Below are positions 46,371 to 58,537 of a stretch of 64,000 nt of DNA, one piece after another; position 1 is the stretch's first letter; each line of letters opens with the position of its first letter. The notes below the pieces were generated by a model that was not told the origin of the DNA, did no database searches, and saw only the letters and a list, made by a program, of their open reading frames with translations. The DNA is taken from positions 32,001-96,000 of the forward strand of contig CAWDSQ010000020.1 in assembly GCA_963804955.1 (NCBI GenBank), in the 5' to 3' direction. Source of the stretch: an uncultured delta proteobacterium. Lineage in GTDB: Bacteria; Desulfobacterota; WTBG01; CAIYCZ01; CAIRTM01. The position numbers and the translations under genes were made by a program.

Positions 46371-46848
46371 TTTACGGCAGCCGGTGTGCGGCAGAACACT
46401 GAAAAATTTATTGCTGCACATGGACGTTTTGACCCTTTAAAAATGCAATTTAAACAGTTCTGTAAGGTGCAGGTAAAAAGCGATGCTGCTAGTGAGAACA
46501 GCGTGCGTACGATGAACAGGTTTAAGTGTGTTTTAATCGACACAGGGGTACTTACTCTGTATCTGCTTATAAATTTATTGCCGCTCAGAGTCCGTGATTA
46601 TATTCTGGACAGAATGTTTCCACCTATCCGGGATACTCGGCACTCAGCGTATTCAAAAGGTAAGGAGCACCGTGCATAAATCATGAAAAAATTTTACCTG
46701 AAAAAAGTGTGTTGAATGACTAAATAGTTACTGTTTCAAGCGACCTTTTTTAAAAAGGTATGCTTAGAAAAGGAGGGTGTGATTGTCTTTTCAATCGTAA
46801 AAAGTTGTATGGACACAAAATAATTTTTTCTAAAGGAGTACGGGACTT

Positions 46849-48778
46849 ATGAGAAAAACCGAGATTAGAAAAAAACTCAGATTCTTGGCGGTAGCAGCTT
46901 CTTTTTTATGCATAGTGATGGGGTATGGGGTTTCATGGGCCGCAGACAGTGATGGTGACGGCATTGACGATGCGATTGACAACTGCCCCGCCATTGCAAA
47001 TCCCCAGCAGCTTGATGCCGATGATGATGGCATAGGAGATCTATGCGACACCACCCCCGGCTGCGGCGGCTGTGGTGTGGTTGCCTGTGAGGGTCAGGTT
47101 GATGCGGACCTTGACAATTGGGCTGATGAGATTGATAACTGCCCGAGCAGCTGCAATACCCAGCAGCTTGATGCCGATAGCGACGGCATCGGCGATGTGT
47201 GCGATACAGCTCCCGGCTGCGGGGGCTGCGGACCAGCCGGCCTGTGAGGGGGGGTGCGCAAAGGACCCTGAAGTAGTCGTAACAGCAAGCCAGTCTATAG
47301 CCGGCAAGTTCGATCGTTATACGGTGACCGGCATCAGGACGCCCCTGCCGCAGCTGCCCAATGTGCCCGGGTTCATCGGGGCATCCTATCTGACCATTGG
47401 AGATATTGACGGTGACGGCAGGCAGGATATCCTGAGCACATCCGGTGGCGGGCTGGATAACAATTTCACCACATCCGACGGTGCTGTTGCAGTGTACACG
47501 CAGGGCGCAGACCTTGACAGCTGGACACAATCTATTATTTATCCGGTTGGGACGACGGGCCTTCTTGGCTTCCCCAATGAGATGGTGCTGCGGGATATGG
47601 ATGAGGACGGTGATTTTGATATTATGGTTCTGGATAATTTTCTTGCCGGCTGGTTTACCCACTTCCCGGCAGGCATCTATTATCTGGAAAACAAGGGCGG
47701 CGATATTACCAGCAAGCTTAACTGGGAAATAAAGACCATTTTCCGGGGAGACGCAACACAGATCGGCTGGTCATCCTATCACCGGGCGCGCTTTCTTGAT
47801 ATAGACGGCGATGGGCTGGAAGACTTTGTCACCACAAAAGTGTGCATGTACAACTGGCAGAATACGTCTGACCAGTATGTGTGGACGGAATGGTGGAAAA
47901 AAGAGGGCAGCCCGGAAACCAGCCCCACAGCTTATTCAGGCCCTTATACTATAGGTGACGGCGCCGGATTTTTGTTTGAAATGATGGATATAGATGGAGA
48001 CGGAGACCTGGACGTTGCAGGGCCGCAGTTCTACATTCAAAGTCCGGGTACGCTTGTGGTAAAGCAGGGTACTATCCGCGGCGACAGCCTGATCTGGTTT
48101 GAGAATCCGGGAACGGCTGGTGCGGTAACGCAGCCCTGGAACCGCTATACGATTGACAACTGGTACACATCGCAAAACCCCCTGGGCAAAAACATGGAGG
48201 TTATTTCAGGCGATATCGATAATGATGGGAAAATAGAGCTGATAGATACAACTCACAACCATCAGGATTACAAGCCGAACAATGTTCCCGGCGATCCGCT
48301 CAACCACAGGATCTGGCCATCGGGGGTGTACTATCTGGGCATTCCTGATGATCCCAAGATAACGGCCAACTGGAAGCCGATCACGATTGACCGTGGCGAC
48401 CCGAATCTTGACCCGACTGATCCGGTAGCGGTTGCCAATGATGTCTATGCAGTTGATCGTCCGGGCGGACCCTACAGCCAGGGCTCACCGGGCATGGTGA
48501 GAGCTGCGGATATAAGCGGAGATGGCTACCTTGACCTGGTTGTGCCCGGTGACGGCAAGGGAGCAGTGTACTACTATGAATCCCTGGGCAGATCAGCAGG
48601 CAAACTGCAGTTTTTGCGGGCGGCGATCTATAAAGACACAGCCTGCATGCCGGGTGATGCCAAGATTGTGGATATTGACGGCGACGGCACGCTTGAGATC
48701 GTACAAGTAATATACGATACCAGTGTGGAGAAAAACTCGTCATCAGGCTCCATATTTATTTACAAGCTGAAGCCGTAA
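46849..48778 (+). CDS. Secreted protein: TSP3-like repeats + FG-GAP/VCBS beta-propeller (frameshift near 47240)
   Basis: Signal peptide, two DNCP..N.QQLDAD.DGIGD.CD..PGCGGCG units, then about seven D-x-D-G-D-G-x-x-D repeats. Confidence 0.85.
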
Positions 48779-48794
48779 AAGCTGCTTGTAAAGT

Positions 48795-48847
48795 CTAAAA
48801 AACCAAGGGCGCCTGGGGCATATACTCCAGGCGTTCTTGGTTTTTAG
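48795..48847 (+). terminator. Rho-independent terminator
   Basis: AAAAACCAAGGGCGCCTGG...CCAGGCGTTCTTGGTTTTT hairpin. Confidence 0.8.
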
Positions 48848-49048
48848 TGTAAAACTATATTTTAATCATGCGTCTCATCCAGTTATTGTTTAAGCAAGTA
48901 GAGCTTCACCTGCAACGAAGGGCAGTCGCTTGTATGGTCTTTAACCGACATGACTGTCAATTCAATCGATATGTTATGTTTATAGATTGACTTATCTGTA
49001 CTCTTTGAGCTTACTATGAAATAATGAGAATATATTTCTAAAAGGAGC

Positions 49049-49801
49049 ATGTGTATGAAGAAGGGTAAAATATTTTTCCTTTTTATGGGGTGGTTTATTT
49101 TTTATTCACTGCTGTATTTTTTAAGCCTTGATATTACCGGTGATTCTCCCGGCAAGGAGGGTTCTGCATTCCACAAGTTTTTTAATTACGGCATACTTTT
49201 TATTGTTTCTCTTTTCGGCTGGTGGTTTTCCTGGAAAAAATTTCAAACTGTGTTTTCTCCTTCAGATCCTGCAGGCGGAGGCATTATAGAATGCCGTTTC
49301 GGGCTGAGAAATCCTGAACTCATGTATTATCTGATGTTTTTAAAGCTTTTTTTGCTTGTCATGGGCGCCAACGGCATTATTACCCTTTCGCACCACACCG
49401 GGGCGGCACGGACATTTTTTATATGGAACTTTATCGTACTGTATATTTACGCCATTCCTTTTTTCCTGATAAAATTCGGCAAGCTGAAAAAAGCGCTGAG
49501 TACCTCTCTGATTCTTGATGAAACCAGCATTGCCCTGCGCTGTAAGGATCAGACAATTGCGCAGATGAATTATTCCGCCATCTCGCAGGTACTGATCGAA
49601 GAGGCAACCGGCGCTGCCATTATCCGCAGTGATACTGCATCATTCTGTCTGGGCAGCAAACACTCCAAAATATCACCATTTTATACAGCGGGTATTGAAC
49701 AGGTTGTAGAAAAAATCCGTCAAAAAGCCCCGGATAAAATTAGCCCTGTTGCATCATTGAAGGATGAATTGAAAAGGCTTGCCATAAAGCCATTTTTTTA
49801 A
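49049..49801 (+). CDS. Hypothetical membrane protein (about 4 TM + soluble C-terminus)
   Basis: Intact 250-aa ORF with AAGGAG RBS and hydrophobic segments. Confidence 0.7.
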   Translation: MCMKKGKIFFLFMGWFIFYSLLYFLSLDITGDSPGKEGSAFHKFFNYGILFIVSLFGWWFSWKKFQTVFSPSDPAGGGIIECRFGLRNPELMYYLMFLKLFLLVMGANGIITLSHHTGAARTFFIWNFIVLYIYAIPFFLIKFGKLKKALSTSLILDETSIALRCKDQTIAQMNYSAISQVLIEEATGAAIIRSDTASFCLGSKHSKISPFYTAGIEQVVEKIRQKAPDKISPVASLKDELKRLAIKPFF

Positions 49802-49826
49802 ATCATAAAAATGATGCGTGCAGTAA

Positions 49827-49865
49827 ATAAAAACAGCCCGATTTTTTTCAGCGGGCTGTTTTTAT
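49827..49865. terminator. Bidirectional terminator between convergent genes
   Basis: ATAAAAACAGCCCG-11 nt-CGGGCTGTTTTTAT perfect 14-bp stem. Confidence 0.85.
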
Positions 49866-49878
49866 GGTGTAACCCTGG

Positions 49879-51156
49879 TTAATACGTTTTTTGCAAATTC
49901 CCGACTGTGAACATATCCGCAGGAACATCTATGGTAATCGCCGGCTTGTAAAAATATTCCTGATCACTTAAGCCTGAATGGGTCCGTTGAAACTCTTCAA
50001 ATTGTGTGGCCACAATGAACGGTTTTATTTGACCGGTCTTTGTCGGCAGTGGGCAGGTGTTATTCATGAAGCACTTCCAGAATTTGCCGTTGGAATCATA
50101 AATTTCCGTCCAGAGAATTATAGCTGTTTCGGGATCAAGGTACCAGACACGCTTGCTGTAAACATAATTGGGATCCTTGCTGATGACATCAATAACAAGC
50201 GTGTTGCATCGTTCAAGCGTCAAACCGTTTGAGAGGGCCTGTCCGGGGATACGCGTCGTTGCTTTCATGTCAGTGTGCCTGCTGCAGAGGAGGTCTTTTT
50301 TACCTTTTAGTGTGTATTTGTTTCTGGTTAACTGGCCATCCCACAGGTATTCATCATCATAGATTATATCTGAACCGTCAATTGCATCGGTACGTTGGGC
50401 CGTCGACATTCTTCTAATCCGCCTGAACTGGCTGTACCAAAGATATGCATCATCTTCCATTTTCGGATCAATGTATCTGATATTGAACATGCGTGTATTT
50501 AAAAACTCAGCAGGTTTGAACATATGGAGGAAATATGCCCGATGCATTCCTTTCGGATTTTCGGCGACTGCAGGGAGGGGTTCTTTTTCAGTACGGTGAA
50601 TGAAAAAGTATTCAGTGTACTCCTGATCTGCAATGCGATCGTTTTTTGCTGTAGGATTGATCGATGGACTGTAGCGTCGATATTTACAGGTATCTCCATG
50701 ATTGTTGAACTCAAAATTATAGGCTGCTTCCATGCCGTCCGCCGGCTCAGGAAATGGACGCCCGGCTATTTCAGCATAGTTGGTTATCGTACCGTCCTGA
50801 TTTTTTTTGACTGTTGACGCATACTTCCTTGTTGCATCAGAAAACCCTTTGGTTTCAGGTACAGGCTGGTAGGCGACGATAGCAAAGAAAAACCCCTCCG
50901 GAGGGGCGCCCCACTTTTCAGGTTCTTTTATAATTCCCACATAGGAGTCGGGCATATAAGCCGCAACCTGATCGATAGTTGCTTTATCTACTTTTTTCCC
51001 AGCCCAGGTTTTTTCCCATTCCCTGACTTTTGCCAGTTCATCAGGCGTGTATGCAGTGCCGATTACAGTTTGTGCTCCTGCAAGCGCCGGGGCCAGATAC
51101 AGCAGGAGCGCTCCAAGCATCCAAACTCTGAACATGTACTGCCAGCTGTTTTTCAT
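49879..51156 (-). CDS. DUF1329-like exported protein
   Basis: Signal peptide, GRPFPEP, DDAYLWYSQFRRIRRMS..QRTD..DGSD, YVYSKRVWYLDPET, YDSNGKFWK. Confidence 0.82.
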   Translation of the reverse strand: MKNSWQYMFRVWMLGALLLYLAPALAGAQTVIGTAYTPDELAKVREWEKTWAGKKVDKATIDQVAAYMPDSYVGIIKEPEKWGAPPEGFFFAIVAYQPVPETKGFSDATRKYASTVKKNQDGTITNYAEIAGRPFPEPADGMEAAYNFEFNNHGDTCKYRRYSPSINPTAKNDRIADQEYTEYFFIHRTEKEPLPAVAENPKGMHRAYFLHMFKPAEFLNTRMFNIRYIDPKMEDDAYLWYSQFRRIRRMSTAQRTDAIDGSDIIYDDEYLWDGQLTRNKYTLKGKKDLLCSRHTDMKATTRIPGQALSNGLTLERCNTLVIDVISKDPNYVYSKRVWYLDPETAIILWTEIYDSNGKFWKCFMNNTCPLPTKTGQIKPFIVATQFEEFQRTHSGLSDQEYFYKPAITIDVPADMFTVGNLQKTY

Positions 51157-51759
51157 TTCATTCTCCTTCCTAAAGGTTTATGGTTGGAAAAAAAACATTG
51201 ATTCCATGCAGAGAGTCACAAAATCGACTGCCATCCCCCCCATTTTTTAGTATTAATAAAGAGCCCTGTTGCCATTGTCGAATACCGGTTGACCGCCGAA
51301 CGTTCTGGTTAAGGGCAGGGCATTGTTGTTTATACCATGCTGTGAGGCATAAGGCTGATTTTGCCATTATTATTCACTGTTTTTACTTAGTGGGCATCCC
51401 AACATTCATGGGCGATACCTTTCATATAATGAAAATATACCTTCTGCAGTGGGGTTGTCCTGATAACCCGCACCATGCCCAAAGGGAACACAACCGGCGC
51501 GCCGGTGCGCTGCTCAAAATCGTCAAGCATGGGCTTGAAGAGCTTCAGCGCATAGTTGAGCTCCGCCTGATCCTCGGTGAAAATTTCAGCAATTCCCTGC
51601 ATATTCAGCCCGCGCACCGAGGTAATTGTGCGCGCGGAGGTGCCGATCCCGACCGCAGGGAAAGATCGTATGCTTGAACGATAGTGAAGATGGTAAAATT
51701 TTTGTCGGCCTGCGGTGGATATTAAATGATACATCTGCTACAGCAGTTAGATAAATGCT

Positions 51760-53084
51760 CTAATCACCCAGGGTGCGCGACTGCTGCTTCTTGAATTTTA
51801 TCCCAGATTTCAGGCCGCTCTCTTTGAATGCGCTCATCGTGTTTGTGGATTGCAGCCCACATCATGCGCGGTGAGTCATACTGGCTCCAGCTGCCGTTCA
51901 GGACCACATCGTCAAGCAGCGAAAACAGGAACACGACCTCCTCGTCCGTATAATACGGGATAAGGGCATAGCCGGTTGTAACCTGCATCATGCCGTCATC
52001 GTTGAACTCAAAAGTTTCAAGCCAGGTTTTGCCGTATTCGGCAAACCCGGGCTTACCCTCAAGCTCTTTTGCAACGGCATCTGCTGCCCAGTAGCCGCAG
52101 TTGAGCGCACCCTGGGCCTGCACCTCGACGAATGCCGCGGCATCGCCAATCATCAGGCAGTTGCCCCGATAGGGTGTCTTCATGGGCGCAAAGGCCTTGG
52201 TGGTGCAGCTGTGCATGCGCTCGACTTTTGCGTTTTCAAACATCCAGGCAACAGGGCTCTCTTTGGTAAAATAATCAAACAGCTCCAGGGGCTTTTTTTC
52301 AAGGGATCCCACAAGAATCAGATCGGCCCAGTCGAAATGACCCGCCGGGCCCGTGCCCAGAAGCGGCGCAAAGGCGGAACCATAACACTGCCCCCAGAAT
52401 CCGACCCATTCATTGGGGCTGTAATTTTTCACCCCTGACATATACAGCGCCACAACCGGAGCTGAGGTAAAATACATGCGACCTTCATTCATCCCGAGGG
52501 ACTGGGCAATCTGCGCGCTGGCGCCGTCGGCCGCGATGAGCTTTTTGGCCTGAAGCCTGAAGCGCTTGCCTTCGCTCACGCATTTCAGCGTTACCTCTGT
52601 CGGGGCCATCCTTTGCCTCATAGCAGATCGTGTTGTTCATATAATCAACACCAAGAGCAAGGACTTCATCAAGCAACTGCTGCTGCAGGCCGCCCTTGTC
52701 GTATTTCCAGGCAATGGGTTTCTTGTCGGGCCAGGCGTAATGGGCATTATGCTTGAGATCAGCAGAATAATAATATTTATCAAGGCAGGGGCACAGCGGC
52801 CCGTTGTAGGTTATTTCCCAGCCGAATTTTTCAGATCTGATCTTATTATCCGGGTTTGACGGCACCATGCGGTTGGGCCCTTCCATGGGCCGGCCCGGCT
52901 CAACAATAATCGTGTCGCCGTTATAGTTTTCATCAAGGATGATATGCTCGCTGCAATAGCGGGTTATCTTGCTGATATCTTTCCGTTTTTCGATCAGCGC
53001 TACTTTCAGACCCTTTTTTGCCGCCCATTTTGCCGCGTGAAGACCACCGGGACCCGCTCCTACGATTGCCACGTCATATGTCAT
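51760..53084 (-). CDS. Geranylgeranyl-reductase/FixC-family FAD-dependent oxidoreductase (copy 2; frameshifted)
   Basis: [39 protein letters not shown]; shares FEFN...YTDEE...QY.SPR.MW.AI.KH.E.I..ERPE with copy 1. Confidence 0.82.
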
Positions 53085-53114
53085 AAAATACCCTTCCTGA
53101 ATTTTTTCGTAATT

Positions 53115-54320
53115 TTACTTCATCAATTCCAGCAACCGTTGCCATGGCCGGGCCGCCGCCGGCGCACAGGGAAGCGCAGCCGAGGGCCGCGCCCATGCGC
53201 TCCATTTCATGCAGCAGCGTCACCAGCACCCGAAGGCCCGAGCACCCGACGGGATGCCCAAGGGATATGCCCGAGCCGTTGCGGTTGACGATATCCATGT
53301 TAAGCTTGTAGCCGTGTTCTTTTGCAAGCAGGTGCTCCACGCCCAGAAACTGGGCGGCAAAAGCTTCATTTACTTCCCAGTAGCCGATATCGGCAAACGA
53401 CAAGCCCGGCTTTTTGCAGCACCCGCGGAATGGCATAGGCAGGGCCGATGCCCATGACCGAAGGCTCAACGCCCACGCTTGCCGTTGCACGTACGCGGGC
53501 CTGTGATTTGCAGGCCCAGATCGCGGGCTTTCTGCTCGCTCATAAGCACCATGGCTGCTGCGCCGTCATTGACGCCGGAGGCATTGCCTGCCGTCACCGT
53601 TCCGTCTTTTTTGAAAATTGTTTTGAGGTTTGCCAGTGTTTCAAGCGAGGTGTCCGCCCGGGGATGTTCGTCAGTGTCAAACACAATAGGTGCCTTTTTT
53701 CTGCTTAACCTCGACCGGCACGGTTTCGGCTTTAAAGGTTCCGGCCTTGATGGCTGCGCATGACCGGGCATGGCTCAAGCACGGCAAGCTCGTCCTGCAC
53801 CTGCCTGCTGATGCCAAAGCGGGCAGCCACGTTTTCAGCCGTTACACCCATGTGGCAGTGCTCAATCGAGCAGACCAGCGCATCCAGAAGCATGGCGTCT
53901 TCAATTGTAGCCGGTCCCATGCGGTACCCTGTGCGGGCCTTCTGCAGAAGATAGGGGGCCATGCTCATGTTTTCGACACCCACCACAAGGCACACATCTG
54001 TTTCTCCAAGCATGATATTGCGGGAGGCGATTTCAAGGGCGCGCATTGAGGAAGCGCACAGCTGATTGACCGTGCAGGCCGGGCTTTCCCAGGGTATGCC
54101 GAGTTCGGCCTGTATCTGCCTGCCGATATTGCCGCCAACGCCTGCCTGAATGACATTGCCGCAGACAAGCTCATCGACCTGTTCAGGCGTTGATGCCCGC
54201 CCGCTGCATCGCCTCAGCGCCGACGATACGACCGAGCTCCCGTGGGTGAATCTCTTTCATTGATCCCAGAAAATCGCCTATCGGTGTTCTGCAAGCGCTG
54301 ACGATAACAGCTGCATTCAT
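53115..54320 (-). CDS. Thiolase (acetyl-CoA C-acyltransferase; multiple frameshifts)
   Basis: [60 protein letters not shown]. Confidence 0.93.
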
Positions 54321-54345
54321 ACTGCCTCCTGTACGATTTTTTTAA

Positions 54346-55117
54346 TTACTTTCGCATCCAGCGCTGATATTTGCGCATGCCGTCTTTTTCAAAAGCCGAG
54401 CTGTTGACCGTAACCTGGTTGACGGTTATTTTGCTCAGAAGCATGCCTTTTTTGATCATTTCACGGGCCTGCTGCGGTTCGATTTTCATTTTTTTTGCAA
54501 GCTCCTCGTAGGGATAAATTTCTACCAGGACTTTTTCGAATTCAGGGTTTGATCCATCAATAAGTTCAGCAGTGCCGATAAACTGTGCGCACAGCACCGT
54601 ACCCCATGTTTTGAATTCTTCATGCCAGTTGAGGCTCACCTTTGGATTCTGTTTTATGTGCAAAAGCTTCGTGGTGCCTTTTTCATGCAGTCCGTACAGT
54701 GTCATGGTGTCAGGATCAAAGGCGAAATCGGCTGTGGTGGTAAGCGGCACATTATTGAGGCTGGTGCCCAGCACACAGGTTCTTTTGCTGTTTTTTGCCG
54801 CCCATGAGTTTTCCGATTTCAGCCTTAAGCCGGTCCTGCGGCATGACGCCCTGACCTGCGGCATACTTAAGATAGGCCCCATGCAGCCAGGCCTGCGTTG
54901 CGGTTGTCTTTGCATCCAGCTTTACCTCATGGCAGTCATTGCAGGAAACACCCTGCGGTATTTCGGGATGATTGTCGCTCAGGCCGCTTGCAGCGGCGTC
55001 GATCTGTTTGGGCTTTGCCGCCTTTTTCTGTCATGCTGCGGCAGCGAAAGAAAAGCTCCCGAACATGAGAACAGCTGCAATGCCGGAAAACAATGCTGTA
55101 TACATAACCTTCTTCAT
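54346..55117 (-). CDS. Exported monoheme c-type cytochrome / PNPOx-like split-barrel fusion (one in-frame TGA, one frameshift)
   Basis: Manual translation: MKKVMYTALFSGIAAVLMFGSFSFAAAA*QKK...DNHPEIPQGVSCNDCHEVK...GGKK, then KRTCVLGT...KLLHIKQNPKVSL...QFIGTAELI. Confidence 0.72.
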
Positions 55118-55358
55118 TACGATGAACTCCTTATTTCGGTTTATGTTTTCAGTTTTATGTACTATGGCAATTTTTTTTCTGCAGTGCTGAGTACTGACAG
55201 GTTGAAAAATCCAGTCGAAAATAGATCCCGTACTCTGCGGGCGTCAATTTCGTCAGAAGCACCAGATAACTAAACCCGTATCGGTTAAAATAACCTTGAA
55301 CAGGTCATTGTGAAATGCTGCTTAAAAAAAGTCTTTTTTATCTGTACAGCAAGGGTTG

Positions 55359-56623
55359 TTAGATCGCCCTGTTAACCAAATCAACCAGACTCAGCATTTT
55401 CAGCGGGCTGCCGATAGCGTTGATGGAATCCCCGAGATTCGACTCACACCAGGGGCAGGAGGTGACCAGCGCTTCGGCTCCGGTTGATTCAGCCTCCTCA
55501 ATGCGCTCGCGCGCTGTTTCAAGTGCAAATTCCGGAAATGCCGAGCGCACTCCGCCGCCGGCGCCGCAGCACCATGAAAATTCCCGGATGCGCTCCATTT
55601 CCACAAGTTCAACACCCGGTATGGCTTTCAGCACATTGCGCGGTGCATCGAATACGCCTTGTGCTCCGTAATTGCGCTCCCGCGGCGGCTCTGAGAGGCC
55701 CCACTTCACGCGCACGCCTTCCCACAGGTCCTGCGGCTCGCTGCCGCGGCCCAAATGGCAGGGGTCATGCCAGGTGACACGCATCGGCACTTCTTTCGTA
55801 AACTTCAGCCGTCCTTCCTGTATAAGCTGATCGAGATACTCGGAGCTGTGCTTTACCTCAAAATTCATTTTGCCGACTCCGGGGTACTGGCTTCTTAAAA
55901 CTCCGTAGCATCCTGCGCATGAGGTCACGACGGTCTTGATGCCCAGGTCATTGAACATTTGAATATTGTCGGCCTGCATGTTCGCGAAACATGTCTACCA
56001 TGCCCACCTTCAGCACCGGGCTGGCGCAGCAGGCCTCATTGTTTCCGAGAATGCCCGACATCAATGCCCGCATTCTGAAGAATACCGAGTGTCGCGCGGG
56101 ACACCTCCTGCATATTGGCATTGTAGGAATACGTGCAGCCGGCAAAATACAGAACCTCGGCCTTTTCTTTGCTGATGTCTTTCACCTTCATTTTACGCGC
56201 CCAGTGACCGCGCCGCGAGCGGGGCTGGAGCCAGGGATTGTTGTTCTGGCGAATGCTGTCAACCGCAGGCATATGGCCGGGCAGGGGGCCTTTGCCCTTG
56301 GCAACGGCAAGTGCACGCAGCTCCTGCAGAATTTCAAGGGGCTCCATGTCGCGGGTGAACTTGCAGGTCACGTCACATCCGCCGCACAGGGTGCAGGTGT
56401 AGATGACCTCGGCGGCTTTGTCCGTCATTTCCACCTCGCCTTCCAAAAGCGCCCGGGCAAGATCAAAGCGGCCCTGGGCTGAGTAAGCGTCAAATTTGTA
56501 TTTCTGCATCGACGGGCAGATCCGGGCCCGCTCTTTGCTTTTGATACTCCATGGGTGCACCCATTTGCACATGGAGCAGCGCTCACAGTTAACCAGGTCC
56601 CAGCGGTATTTTTCAAGACTCAT
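55359..56623 (-). CDS. 4Fe-4S / CCG-domain oxidoreductase subunit (frameshifted)
   Basis: CERCSMC, CTLCGGCDVTC, CCASP, SCAGC, WHDPCHLGR, CCGAGGG, SCPWC. Confidence 0.9.
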
Positions 56624-56760
56624 TGGTTCTCTCCATTTTAGATTTTGGATTGCGGAGTTTGGATGCAGTACAAAGCAAATATCCAAAACAGCCGCTTGTA
56701 TTTAGTTATTCATCTGAATCGGTTTGGGATTTTTGGATTTTCAATCAGCAATCGTAAATC

Positions 56761-58304
56761 CTAAAGGCCGAGCTTTCCGGGATTCATTATGTTTTTCGGG
56801 TCAAGCACGTCCTTGACCATTTTTGCCGTCTGAAACTGCACGGCGTTGCCGCTTGCGATCATTTCGGCCCAGGGGCCATAGGCCCGGGTAAACAGCGCTC
56901 CAAGCCCGTACATGCGGCGGCTTGCGCTGCCGTGTACCTGCCGCATGCGTGCGCAGTCATCACGGTCTGACGGGTCATAGGGCAGCATAAATTCAAGATG
57001 GCAGACCCGGCCGTTTTCAATCGGCTGTAAATAGATGCCCATGTCGTCGGTTGCCACAGAGCTCTTTATCGCTTCCTGGTGCATGGCATCGACAAACTTC
57101 GAAGCGCGGTTCATGGTGGTGATGAAGAAAATATCCGAGCTTGCCCCTTTCAGGCGATCCTTCCAGTACACATCGCCATCCCAGCACCGAAGCAGGTTCT
57201 GACTCAAAAAAAGCGGCTGCACGGGGCGCCTGGCTGATGCCCGGCTGCGGCGCGAGACCGCATTCGCGGGCTGTTTCAAGAAAATCAGCCTCCTGCCAGG
57301 CAATGCGCTCATCGGGCAAACGGCGAAGCCCCCCGATGCAGAAAATCTGCACATAGGCGGGCAGCCGCTTTTTAAGACGCTCATAATCCTCGGGCATGCT
57401 CTGCGCAAGTATAAGCGCCAGTGCCGTGCGGTTCAGGATAAAGCATTCATAGCCAAGCCACTTGCGCTGAACCCTGTAGGTAAAATCAACCAGTGCGTCC
57501 AGATTATCAGATGCCGTGAAAAAAAGTTTCTGCCGGGAGGGCAGGGGTTCTGCCATGATATTCATCCAGGTTGACTATGCCAAGAGTGCCCTGTGAACGG
57601 GTATACAGCCTGTTCCAGTCAAAGCCGGGTCCCCAGGGGCCTACCATGTCTGAGTTGTTCAGCTCGGGCGGCCCGAGGGCTGCTGTGCCCGTGCGGAAGA
57701 TATCGCCCGACGGCATGACGATCTCCATAGTGTAAACGGGCTCGCTGTAATTAAACTCGGGGATGAGCTTGGGCTGCGCCTCAAGATTAGACGTGAGCAC
57801 GGACTGATCCCTGCGGGGCAGAAGCGGAAATAAAGCCCGGAGATTTTCTTTGGCAAGGGCTTCCTGCAGCTGGCCATAGGTGACGCCGGGCTGTATGCGG
57901 GCGCTGCGGTTTCTGTGATCGATTTTTTGTATCTGCCGCCAGCCCGACAGGTCGACCGCCGCGCCGCCCATGCGTACCAGAGCGTTTCCATAAGTATGGG
58001 TGCCCGAGCTGAGCGGGGTCAGGGGAAGGGATGCTTCATTGGCGTATTTGACCAGAGCGCAGAGCCTTTCAAGATTATCAGGCTTCAGGACAAAGCAGGG
58101 CCTGCCGGCCTCTTCAAGGCTTTTGTCCCGGCTGAGCGCGTCGAGGGCCGCAGGGTCTGCGCACACCTGCTCCGGGCCAAGTATTTCTTCCAGACGGGCT
58201 TTCTGCTCAGCGGAGTAGTGCTGCCGCTCTCTTATAACCTGGTCGTACGGTTTATCTTCCAGGGGCTTTAAATAATCAACTTTTGCAAGCACGGTATCTG
58301 CCAT
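56761..58304 (-). CDS. FAD-binding oxidoreductase (GlcD/PCMH-type; frameshifted)
   Basis: AVDLSGWRQI, IQPGVTYGQL, EIVMPSGDIFRTG, SQGTLGIV, DPKNIMNPGKL. Confidence 0.88.
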
Positions 58305-58537
58305 GTGACCTCCTGAATCAAGTAAAACTGCTGGTATGTGTCATCTCGACCAAAGGGAGAGATCTTTCTTCAGTCTGCATATTTTAAATACCCCTCACCC
58401 TGACCCTCTCCCGCAAAGAAAGAGTAAGCTTGTAAGGAGTGTGTATAGGCTGTATCGCATTACATAAAGTTTCGAAGGCAGAGTCTGTTTTAAAAGTGGC
58501 TCTTTAATTCGGTAAATCCATGGTCCCTTAATACGCA

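Noticed and set aside
46386..46679. Short ORF after the FDBR-like pair
   Set aside because: No motif or convincing RBS; left unannotated.
51387..51734. 115-aa minus-strand ORF
   Set aside because: No clear RBS or recognisable motif; may be real but cannot be supported.
55031..55033. In-frame TGA as selenocysteine in the cytochrome-PNPOx gene
   Set aside because: It sits just after the signal peptide in a low-complexity linker with no redox motif; compensating indel errors explain it more simply.
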